This document shows, piece after piece, positions 40,069 to 51,033 of a stretch of 64,000 nucleotides of DNA. This DNA comes from Octopus vulgaris (taxonomy: Eukaryota). The stretch spans positions 20,212,001 to 20,276,000 of the forward strand of contig OX597833.1 of assembly GCA_951406725.2 (NCBI GenBank). Reading direction: 5' to 3'. Position 1 is the first letter of the stretch. Each line of letters opens with the position of its first letter. The notes under the pieces were generated by a model that saw nothing but the letters and a program-made list of their open reading frames with translations, did not search any database and was not told where the DNA came from. Both the position numbers and the translations under genes were made by a program.

Positions 40069-41164
40069 TTAACGTCCGCTTTCCATGCTGGCATGGGTTG
40101 GACGTTTTGACTAAGGACTGGCGATCCAGATGGCTGCACCAGGCTCCAACCTTGATCTAGCAGAGTTTCTACAGCTGGATGCCCATCCTAACGCCAAGTT
40201 AGTACTTTCTGGTACCAGTTTATAATTAGGTGAACTGTGCCATTTGAAGGTTATGCATATTGGATAAGAAGGTAAGTCATAGACACAGAATCTGGTGCCA
40301 GGTGACCAGATACAAGCTGTAGACATTCCTATTACCTCCTCTACAGACTTAACCACATTAACCAAGTCAGTCAGTGAGTTATATGCAGCTACTCACTCTG
40401 CTAGAAATAGCAACGAAATCTCTTCCAAATCACATCCCAACTATCTTGAGATGAGAGATGCGTTAGATAATGGGGTCTTGGATACATACTGTGTCTGAGA
40501 AAAAAAATAGATGAAATAATCAAGGCTAGATAACATTTAACATGTTAGCGCATGAATAACCTGGGGTCGAGAATAAAATGTCAATTATATGATCATCATA
40601 CCACCTTCCTCAGCGCTCTCTCTCCATAACAAAGTACTAGCAAAAAGACAATTATTATAAGCATTTCTCTCTTTAGCATTTATCATCATAATTACTTACA
40701 TGTATGACAAATAGTCTCCCCACCACCACCATCACCACCACCACCTCCACCACCATTCACTGGGTGATGAGTGTGGAGGTGGGGAGAGAAATGCTGAGTG
40801 AGATGGGATGACACAGTGAGGGATAGTGAAGATTCGTGGTACATACAATGTTCTTAAGTGTGAATGATGTGTTTACTTAAGAGGTGTCAGCCAGGCTGTG
40901 AATGATGTCAAGGACATCCATCATACACAGATATATTAGTGAATGTTTTCATTTAAGGACTTAATGGGAATGTCATAGGGCATTTATTAATAGTTCACAC
41001 ATGGCTATGTATGTGTGTGCATATTTATGTATATATGTATTCATAGAGAAGCCCCGCCACCTTATTCATATCTGTACACATATGACTAATATCCATACAA
41101 ACACATATATCTGTTGGTCTGGCTGTCCATCCATCTGGCCATCTATCAATCTGTTTATCTATCC

Positions 41165-41365
41165 CAGTGGTTTTCAACCAGGGTTCCACCAGTACAGTCC
41201 AGGGGTTCCGCAAGAAGTTACAAAACTGCTAAAATCGGCAGTAATTTTTAATTCTCCTGTGCAGATATGTGTGCATAAGACTATTAAATTATTGCACAGG
41301 GGTTCCTCGAGCCAGTGGAATGTTTCCTTGGGGTTCCACTCCAGCAAAAAGTTTGAAAAGCACTG
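41165..41365. mobile_element. hAT MITE
   Basis: CAGTGGTTTTCAA ... TTGAAAAGCACTG; 8-bp TSD-like ATCTATCC/AAATATCC. Confidence 0.75.
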
Positions 41366-41431
41366 AAATATCCTTTTTCTAATCAGGAAAAAATGCTTTC
41401 ACTTCAAAGGCTTTCTACAAAGTACTTACTC

Positions 41432-41852
41432 TCTCTACCCTTTACTCTTTTACTTGTTTCAGTCACTTGATTGCGGCCATGCTGGAGCACCGCCTTTAGT
41501 CGAGCAAATTGACCCCAGAACTTATTCTATGTAAGCTTAGTACTTATTCTATCAATCTCTTTTGCCGAACTGCTAAGTTACGGTGACGTAAACACACCAG
41601 CATTGGTTGTCAAGCAATGTTGGTGGGGAACAAACACAGACACACAAACATATACACACACATACATATATATATGTATACATATATACGACGGGTTTCT
41701 TTCAGCTTCCATCTACCAAATCCACTTATAAGACTTTGGTCAGCCCAAGCCTATAGTAGAAGACACTTGTCCAAGGTGTCACGCAGTGGGACTGAACCCG
41801 GAACCATGTGGTTTGTAAGCAAGCTACTTACCACACAGCCACTCCTATGCCT
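41432..41852 (-). mobile_element. SINE family A
   Basis: Full length. Confidence 0.9.
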
Positions 41853-42009
41853 ACTTGGGAATTTTCCGCCACAACATCAATTATTTTAATAATTATTTCA
41901 AATTTTATTTATTAAGTTATTTATTAAAATATGGTCAAAATCAAGCAGCTATCATAGTAGCCTCAAATAGAGTTAAATTAAATCTATCAATCTGTTTATT
42001 TATCAATAT

Positions 42010-42193
42010 AGGCGTAGGAGTGGCTGAGTGGTAAGTAGCTTGCTTACCAACCACATGGTTCTGGATTCAGTCCCACTGTGTGGCACCTTGGGCAAGTGTC
42101 TTCTACTATAGCCTCAGGCTGACCAAAGCCTTGTGAGTGGATGTGGTAGATGGAAACTGAAAGAAGCCCGTTGTATATATGTATGTATATATG

Positions 42194-42252
<59 letters not shown>

Positions 42253-42490
42253 TTGTGTGTCTGTGTTTGTGTGTCTGTGTTTGTGTGTCTGTGTTTGTCC
42301 CCACAACATCTCTTGACAACCGATGCTGGTGTTTTTACATTCCCGTAACTTAGTGGTTCAGCAAAAGAGACCAATAGAATAAGTACTAGGCTTTCAAAGA
42401 ATAAGTCCTGGGGTCGATTAGCTCGACTAAAGGTGGTGTTCCAACATGGCCACAGTCAAATGACTGAAACAAGTAAAAGAGTAAAAGAGA
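42010..42490 (+). mobile_element. SINE family A
   Basis: Full length. Confidence 0.9.
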
Positions 42491-42499
42491 AAGAGAGAG

Positions 42500-42531
<32 letters not shown>

Positions 42532-43638
42532 TGTATGTATGTGTGTGTGCATGTACATGTGTGTGCATGCATGCGCGCGTGTGTGCATGCACATGTGCAC
42601 ATGTGTATGTATGCATGCATGCATGCATGTGTGTGTGGGGTGTGTGGGTATATTGTTGATGTCATCATTTTAATTTTTTGCTCATAAACACACACATCGC
42701 CTGGTCTTAGACTCGAACCCATGATCCTTCTACTGCAAGTCCGCTGCTCCAACCACTAGGCCATGTGATGGCTCATATTGGTTAGCCACATGCCACATAG
42801 CCATGGCAGATGTGGATATGTGTCACAGAGACAGGGACTAACAGGGTGACTGTTCACAGGGTTGCCTGGGTCAAACTGAACAAATACTGACCAACAGTAG
42901 ATGCGGTGATGTGCTGCAGCAGTGCATGCCTTATATCTGGTCTGACCTGACTTGACCTATCTATTGTAATGTGGGAGTTGGTTTTCAAGATATGTTTATA
43001 CAGATATTTCGTTTTTGGATTTGGTTTGCAAGATTTTTTATATGAGTTCGTGTGTTGAAGCATATTCTGTTGTGTCTGGGGAGAGTCATTTTCTTTTTGT
43101 GCCTTATAATGTAACACACTCACCGGTAAAATTTCCACTTATTTCTTATTTTTATTCTCCTAAAATGTTTGTTGCGTCTTGCAACCTTTTCAATAGTCTT
43201 GACTATAGTGTGTTACATTATAAGGCACAAGAAGAAAATGACTCTCTCCAGACACAACAGTTTATACAGATAGATGTGACTTTAATATCAGGAATCAGAT
43301 TAAGGTGGAGTCCTGGCAGAATCATTAGCACACCAGACAAAATGCTTAGCAGCATTTCATCTGTCTTGTTCAAATGACACTGGGGGTGACTTTGCCCTTT
43401 ATGCTTTTGGGGTTGATAAAATAAGTACCAGTTAAGTACTGGGGTTGACTGTAATTAATTTACTCCTTCCCTGAAATTGCTGGCCCGAGCCAAAATTTGA
43501 AATCAATATCAGGAATCATTGTTAAAGTTAGGGATGTGTTTCATGTTTATGAAGTAGTTGTTGTTTTTGGTTGGGTATAAACTATTAGCTGGACACTCTG
43601 TTGGTTATGATGACAAGCATTCCAGTTGATACAATCAT

Positions 43639-43921
43639 AGGCGTAGGAGTGGCTGTGTGGTAAGTAGCTTGTTTACCAACCACATGGTTCCGGGTTCAGT
43701 CCCACTGCGTGGCACCTTGGGCAAGTGTCTTCTACTATAGCCTCGGGTTGACCAAAGCCTTGTGAGTGGATTTGGTAGATGGAAACTGAAAGAAGCCTGT
43801 CGTATATATGTATATATATATATATGTGTGTGTATGTGTGTGTGTGTGTGTATGTTTGTGGATTTGGTATATATGAGTGGGTTTGGTAGATGGAAACTGA
43901 AAGAAGCCTGTCGTATATATG

Positions 43922-43952
<31 letters not shown>

Positions 43953-44153
43953 CTGTGTTTGTCCTCCCAACATCGCTTGACAACTGATGCTAGTGTGTTT
44001 ACGTCACCGTAACTTAGCAGTTCGGCAAAAGAGTCCAATAGAATAAGTACTAGGCTTACAAAGAATAAGTCCTGAGGTCGATTTGCTTGACTAAAGGCAG
44101 TGCTCCAGCATGGTCGCAGTCAAATGACTGAAACAAATAAAAGAGTAAAAGAG
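43639..44153 (+). mobile_element. SINE family A with internal duplication
   Basis: TGAGTGG.TTTGGTAGATGGAAACTGAAAGAAGCCTGTCG occurs twice. Confidence 0.9.
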
Positions 44154-44516
44154 TGACTGAGCTCTCTACAGACACATGTACCCTTATTGTAGTTGTCAAG
44201 GAGATTCAGTGTGACACCCTGAATGCGACAAGGCTGACCCTTTGAACTCATTTTCGCCAGCTGAGTGGACTGGAGCATTGTGAAACAAAGTGTCTTGCTT
44301 AAGGACACGATGTGCAGTTTGGAGTTGAACTCATTACCTTACTATTGTGTGACGATTTAGCTTAACCACTGAGCCACATACCCTAAAGACTTATTATTCA
44401 TTCCGTGAATAGCATAACTTGAAAAATGTCAAGTAGAGAGATTCAGGTTTTGTTCCATGCAGTGACAGATAAGTCTAATGATGGATATGTCATACATGCA
44501 AATATGATGTTTGTGT

Positions 44517-44787
44517 CATCATCATCGTCATTGTCGTCTTCGTAATATCATCGTCGTCATTATCATCGTCATTGTCATCATCATCTTCATTGTCGTCATC
44601 ATTGTCATCATCATCATCATCATTGTCATCATTGTCATCATCTTCATCGTCATTGTCATCATTGTCATCATTGTCATCATTGCCATCATCATCATCATCA
44701 TCATCATCATTGTCATCATCGTCATCATTGTCATCATCATCATCATCATTGTCATCATTGCCATCATCATCATCATTGTCATCATTG

Positions 44788-44821
<34 letters not shown>

Positions 44822-44824
44822 TGC

Positions 44825-44857
<33 letters not shown>

Positions 44858-45280
44858 TGTCATCATCGTCATCATTGTCATCATCATCATCATCATCATC
44901 ATTGTCATCATCATCATCATCATTATCATCATTGCCATCATCATCATCATTGTCATCATCTTCATCATCATTGTCATCATTGTCATCATTGTCATCATCA
45001 TCATCATCATCATCATTGTCATCATTGTCATCATCGTCATCATTGTCATCATCATCATCATCATCATCATCATTGTCATCATCGTCATCATTGTCATCAT
45101 CATCATCATCATCATCATTGTCATCATTGTCATCATCGTCATCATTGTCATCATCATCATCATCATCATCATCATTGTCATCATCGTCATCATTGTCATC
45201 ATCATCATCATCATCATCATTGTCATCATCATCATCATCATTATCATCATTGCCATCATCATCATCATTGTCATCATTGC

Positions 45281-45313
<33 letters not shown>

Positions 45314-45482
45314 TGTCTTCATCATCATTGTCATCATCATCATCATCATTGTCATCATTGCCATCATCATCATCATTGTCATCATCATCATCTTCATCAT
45401 CATCATCATTGTCATCATCGTCATCATTGTCATCATCATCATTGTCATTATCATCATCATCATCTTCATCATCATCATCATT
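44517..45482. repeat. ~1-kb degenerate (CAT)n tract with TGT/CGT/TGC variants
   Basis: Direct; source of the poly-I/M/S ORFs. Confidence 0.95.
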
Positions 45483-45546
45483 ATTTCACAGGCATTTTAC
45501 TATACTCGCTTAAAGAAAGCCATGGCCCTTCCACATGATCCTGTAA

Positions 45547-46619
45547 TTACTTGTAAATTCCCAAGAACTCTGAAATGTCAGTTTCGACCTCCACCTGGCT
45601 TGCGAAAGTTATGTCCCCCAAATGATTCTGTAAACTACGAAACAAATGGTAGTATGAAGGAGCAAGGTCGGGAGAATAAGGCAGATGAGGAATTTTTTCC
45701 CAACCAAGCACTTCGATCTTCTGTGATGTGATCTTTGTAGTGTGGGGTCGCGCATTGTCCTGGTGAAACATCACTTCTTTTCGATTCACTAAAGCGGGTC
45801 TTTTTTCTTCAAAGCTTGGTTCAAATGCTCTAATTGCTGACAGTAGATTTGAGCATTGATTGTTGCATTTGGTGGTAACAATTCAAAGTGAATTACTCCT
45901 TTGCAGTCCCACTTCTCATGAAGTTCCCTTCTCAGTTGTAGTTGAGCTTTTTCCCTTTTACCAAGCCTCAGTTTATGACATTTAACATTTCAATAGAAGA
46001 TCCATTTCTTGTAACCAGTCACAAGTCAATCCAAAAAGGGTGAAATGAGTTCACAAGAATGGAGAGAAGAGCAGATGTCAACTCGGGACTTGCGATTGCT
46101 TTCGGAGGAACCTTTCCAAGTTGTTGAAGATGACAATGAACAGTTGTATGGTTTGAATTAAACTTTATTGCCAATTCTTCAACTGATAATGCAGGATTTT
46201 CTTCAAGTAATGCCTCAAGGAGTTTATCATCAAACTTAACTGGACGTCCTGTTCGATCTTCATCTTCAAGGCAGAAATCTCCACTTTTTTCAAACCATCT
46301 TCTGCAAGTTCTTTCATTCAAGCATTCTTTCCCATAAACTGAGTGTATGTTTCAAGTCGCTTCGGCAGCAGAGTTTCCTTTTTTGTACTCATAAAGCATT
46401 ATGTGCCTCAAATGCTCTTTGGATACTTCCATGTTAGAAAGGGTTTTAATCAAAGAAATTTTAATTCTATTATTCTGTAAAATAATATTTAATTAATTTA
46501 AATGTACACAAATGCATAAAAATAATTTTAAATTCCATTAGACATTCTAAAATACTATTAAATTTCTTTCAATTTTAAAAAAAGGTAAAATCGGACAAAA
46601 CTTATGGGATGACCTGATA
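45547..46619 (-). pseudogene. mariner (DD34D) transposase remnant
   Basis: MEVSKEHLRHIMLYEYKKG, NERTCRRWF, FHQDNARPHT, PYSPDLAPSYYHLFRSLQN; TIR TATCAGGTCATCCCATAAG. Confidence 0.9.
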
Positions 46620-47714
46620 CTTATTGCCAGCTCTCACCATGCTGACTGTATCTCTGTACATGGCTTGTATAGACCTCACATACCATTCATCTACCCCTAG
46701 TTTCCTTAGCAACTACTGTACTCAATAACTGCAACCAACAATGCAAGTTCCATTTTGATAGCTCTTCTTGACAATGAACACTCATTTGTAAAGTGTTGTA
46801 TCTGGTCAGTGATTGGTAAGAAAAGTGATGATGTTGGCTCAGCTGTTGATACCAGTTTGTGTGAATTGATGAATGAGACGATGCATTAGTTCATTGATCT
46901 GAGAAAAAAAGATAACAATGCATCTGCTTATTGCTGTTGCCATGGAAGCAATAGCAGCTGTAAAGAAATTATAGGGTGTTTGGGCTAAATTTGATGATTT
47001 TTTTGTCTCCTTTCTTCAGGAGTAGCTTGATGTATTGATGAAGAGTCAATGATGTTGGAGAGCATATGGATTAAGGTTATAGTTAGGAAAAAGTTAGTTG
47101 TCATGGAGGACTGGAAGCCCTCTTAATATTGGAAAAGAGTAACCTATATCATGATGATTCATGCTGTGTATCCCAATGCTGACATCATGACTGCTTCTCA
47201 ATGCTCTGTGGACACTGTAAACGCTGTAAGATGTCACATGGACACTTGCAATGAAAACTATGAAGTTGTGACCAGCAGGAATGGATACAGCAGGCATTCT
47301 GATTGCCTATACGTCAGGAGTTCAACTGATGAACAGGGCTGTAACATGATGAAAGGTCTGTACCATTGGAGGGTGCAGGGCTCATCCCTTCATCATCATT
47401 GTTTAACGTCCGTTTTCCATGCTAGCATGGGTTGGACGGTTCAACCGGGGTCTGGGAAGCCAGGAGGCTGCACCAGGCTCCAGTCTGATCTGGCAGTGTT
47501 TCTACAGCTGGATTCCCTTCTTAACGCCAACCACTCCATGAGTGTAGTGGGTGCTTTTTACGTGCCACCGGCACAGATGCCGGGAGAGGCTGGCAACGGC
47601 CTCGATTGGTCGGTGCTTTTTACGTGCCACTCTTACATTAAATTATTTGTTGAAGGAAAAGCCAAGACTTCAAATATCTTCAACAGCATAAATAATTTTT
47701 ATTTTTTGAATTCG

Positions 47715-47748
<34 letters not shown>

Positions 47749-47904
47749 ACATAAGGGACTAAAGCCATCTGAATATGGCTAGGGACAGGGCAGGGTGGTG
47801 GGGGTGTTACTGTTGCATTTAGCCCCAGGCGAACATCGACGTCACCAGAAAGGCTAGACACCGTCACGGTGTCCTTATCCTGCAAAGGGAGGTAATTCCC
47901 CGAT

Positions 47905-47978
47905 GAAGCGGAAACCACACACGGACCATGGTTTCAAGGTGTATTGCCTATCGTCGGCGTGTGGTAGGCTTCCGCTTT
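47905..47978 (-). ncRNA. Type I hammerhead ribozyme motif, copy 1
   Basis: Reverse complement of the motif at 48648-48721; predicted cut between 47924 and 47923. Confidence 0.78.
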
Positions 47979-48265
47979 CCTCGACGAATTCTCACTCTGC
48001 AGGAATTTCACATATAGATTTTCAAGCAAAATACATTTGCTGATTTCGAAAATCTGTTCGAAAGCAATAATAATTCTCTAAAAGAGATATAGACAGTAAC
48101 TGCTCGATAACATAAGGGACTAAAGCCATCTGAATATGGCTAGGGACAGGGCAGGGTGGTGGGGGTGTTACTGTTGCATTTAGCCCCAGGCGAACATCGA
48201 CGTCACCAGAAAGGCTAGACACCGTCACGGTGTCCTTATCCTGCAAAGGGAGGTAATTCCCCGAT

Positions 48266-48339
48266 GAAGCGGAAACCACACACGGACCATGGTTTCAAGG
48301 TGTATTGCCTATCGTCGGCGTGTGGTAGGCTTCCGCTTC
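48266..48339 (-). ncRNA. Type I hammerhead ribozyme motif, copy 2
   Basis: As copy 1; predicted cut between 48285 and 48284. Confidence 0.78.
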
Positions 48340-48647
48340 CTCGACGAATTCTCACTCTGCAGGATTTTCACATATAGATTTTGCAGGATAAGGACACCGT
48401 GACGGTGTCTAGCCTTTCTGGTGACGTCGATGTTCGCCTGGGGCTAAATGCAACAGTAACACCCCCACCACCCTGCCCTGTCCCTAGCCATATTCAGATG
48501 GCTTTAGTCCCTTATGTTATCGAGCAGTTACTGTCTATATCTCTTTTAGAGAATTATTATTGCTTTCGAACAGATTTTCGAAATCAGCAAATGTATTTTG
48601 CTTGAAAATCTATATGTGAAAATCCTGCAGAGTGAGAATTCGTCGAG

Positions 48648-48721
48648 GAAGCGGAAGCCTACCACACGCCGACGATAGGCAATACACCTTGAAACCATGG
48701 TCCGTGTGTGGTTTCCGCTTC
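48648..48721 (+). ncRNA. Type I hammerhead ribozyme motif, copy 3
   Basis: GAAGCGGAAGCC-UAC-CACACG|CCGACGA|UAGG-CAAUACA-CCUU|GAAAC-CAUG-GUC^CGUGUG-U-GGUUUCCGCUUC; cut after 48702. Confidence 0.8.
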
Positions 48722-49007
48722 ATCGGGGAATTACCTCCCTTTGCAGGATAAGGACACCGTGACGGTGTCTAGCCTTTCTGGTGACGTCGATGTTCGCCTG
48801 GGGCTAAATGCAACAGTAACACCCCCACCACCCTGCCCTGTCCCTAGCCATATTCAGATGGCTTTAGTCCCTTATGTTATCGAGCAGTTACTGTCTATAT
48901 CTCTTTTAGAGAATTATTATTGCTTTCGAACAGATTTTCGAAATCAGCAAATGTATTTTGCTTGAAAATCTATATGTGAAAATCCTGCAGAGTGAGAATT
49001 CGTCGAG

Positions 49008-49081
49008 GAAGCGGAAGCCTACCACACGCCGACGATAGGCAATACACCTTGAAACCATGGTCCGTGTGTGGTTTCCGCTTC
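49008..49081 (+). ncRNA. Type I hammerhead ribozyme motif, copy 4
   Basis: Identical to copy 3; cut after 49062. Confidence 0.8.
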
Positions 49082-49367
49082 ATCGGGGAATTACCTCCCT
49101 TTGCAGGATAAGGACACCGTGACGGTGTCTAGCCTTTCTGGTGACGTCGATGTTCGCCTGGGGCTAAATGCAACAGTAACACCCCCACCACCCTGCCCTG
49201 TCCCTAGCCATATTCAGATGGCTTTAGTCCCTTATGTTATCGAGCAGTTACTGTCTATATCTCTTTTAGAGAATTATTATTGCTTTCGAACAGATTTTCG
49301 AAATCAGCAAATGTATTTTGCTTGAAAATCTATATGTGAAATTCCTGCAGAGTGAGAATTCGTCGAG

Positions 49368-49441
49368 GAAGCTGAAGCCTACCACACGCCGACGATAGGC
49401 AATACACCTTGAAACCATGGTCCGTGTGTGGTTTCCGCTTC
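49368..49441 (+). ncRNA. Type I hammerhead ribozyme motif, copy 5
   Basis: One substitution in distal stem I (GCTGAAG); cut after 49422. Confidence 0.78.
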
Positions 49442-49642
49442 ATCGGGGAATTACCTCCCTTTGCAGGATAAGGACACCGTGACGGTGTCTAGCCTTTCTG
49501 GTGACGTCGATGTTCGCCTGGGGCTAAATGCAACAGTAACACCCCCACCACCCTGCCCTGTCCCTAGCCATATTCAGATGGCTTTAGTCCCTTATGTTAT
49601 CGAGCAGTTACTGTCTATATCTCTTTTAGAGAATTATTATTG

Positions 49643-49674
<32 letters not shown>

Positions 49675-50042
49675 TCAACATCGTCATCTTCTTCTTCTTC
49701 TACTTCTCCACCTTCCACCCCTTAACCTTGTCACTAATGTCTTTCAGTATAACGCCTACGCAAATTCCATAAACAATTCCTGAATTGAACTGCGACTACT
49801 GTCAGCCACTGACCATTCAAAATACGACCATTAAGGCATTCCCAGATTTCCCCACCCCCTCTCCACATCAGCCTCATTATTCTTCACCTATCCTACCAAG
49901 AACTCAAAACGACCTCGAACGCACAAGTGCAAACAAGGGAGTCAGAGAAAGGCAGAATGCTACTTATATCTGAACACTACTACAGAAATATTCTTTTAAA
50001 AAAACTTTTCTTCTAATTTTTCTAAATTTAATTATTTAATCG

Positions 50043-50086
50043 TTACAGTTGAAAAGGTCTCAAAATGACCGAAACCGGTACTGAAA
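50043..50086 (+). ncRNA. Minimal type I hammerhead with U3-A8 core (Penelope-type)
   Basis: CAG|UUGAAAA|GGUC-UCAAAAU-GACC|GAAAC-CG-GUA^CUG; palindromic stem III ACCGGU. Confidence 0.65.
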
Positions 50087-50751
50087 GATTCACTATAAAA
50101 TCATCTTAGCATTTTCTATTTTTGACTTGTTTTTTCATATATATATATATATATATTTCCTTCTGTAGCCATGGAGCTAGTCACAGTAGTTAAATGGTTT
50201 GAACCAAATCCTGTCTCATTGGGAAGTTTTGCTGCTGCTAGTTCTCTGCGTATGCGCATGAGGGAACTTCTGGCAGGCCTCGCGGAAGAATCCAATTCTG
50301 CACATGCGTACTGAAGACTTCCAAAATGGTCTCACTACAGAGCCTTAGGCTCAATTCAGATGGGTATGTGAAGCTGGGAGGGACTGTGGTCAAACCCTGG
50401 GGGATGAGGGTTGCTGCTGGAAGGGCACATATATGGTAGTAGGATTCGGCTCCTTGCTGTACCTCTGGAAAGAGTCAGAAGTGATTGTCATGGGGTATTG
50501 TGTTTTCTTTTCCTTTTATGGAAACTGTCAAATTTAACCCAAGCATCATGTGTATGCACTAGCATTTGGTCTAGAAAGAGATGAGAAGGGTTGAGAAAGG
50601 ATTGAACCAGTGCCAGCCAGTCTGAAGAAGGTAAACAACTTGAATAAAATCAAATTGTAAATCTGTGGATTAACACTCATTTCACAATTGCCACAAATAT
50701 AGTGACATGTAATAATCATCTTCTAAACAAAATAAAACTGAATTGAATTTC

Positions 50752-50985
50752 TTATTTCTTTATTGCCCACAAGGGGCTACACACAGAGGGGACAAACAAG
50801 GAGAGACAAACGGATTAAGTCGATTATATCAACCCCAGTGCGTAACTGGTACTTATTTAATTGATCCCAAAAGGATGAAAAGCAAAATCGACCTTGGCAG
50901 AATTTGAACTCAGAACGTAGCGGCAGATGAAATACCGCTAAACATTTCGCCTGGCGTGCTAATGATTCTGCATGCTCACCGCCTT
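50752..50985 (-). mobile_element. SINE family B with ~21-bp TSD
   Basis: ATAAAACTGAA(T/C)TGAATTTCT on both sides. Confidence 0.9.
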
Positions 50986-51033
50986 ATAAAACTGAACTGA
51001 ATTTCTGGTGACAGGTATATATTATAACAGGAA

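Larger units (their letters stand above)
47746..49644. mobile_element. 360-bp tandem array with one hammerhead per unit (candidate retrozyme); ~1.8 units on minus, ~3.5 units on plus
   Basis: Plus units start at 48381, 48741, 49101 and 49461; minus units span 47746-48380; only about three differences among copies; (TA)n on both flanks. Confidence 0.85.

Noticed and set aside
44511-45731. 406/317/313-aa ORFs
   Set aside because: Translations of (CAT)n running into an antisense mariner remnant.
48261-48300. Hammerhead in the opposite polarity (CCGATGA-AGCG-GAAACC)
   Set aside because: No room for stem II and no stem I pairing; it is just the complement of the real motif's stems.
48708-48965. 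Repeated 85-aa ORF in the 360-bp unit, and possible rolling-circle translation since 360 is divisible by 3
   Set aside because: GTG start, no recognisable domain, and that frame has three TGA stops per unit.
47746-49644. Array as 5S rRNA, snRNA, 7SL or CRISPR repeat
   Set aside because: No match to the conserved 5' sequences of these RNAs as I recall them; units are identical with no variable spacers.
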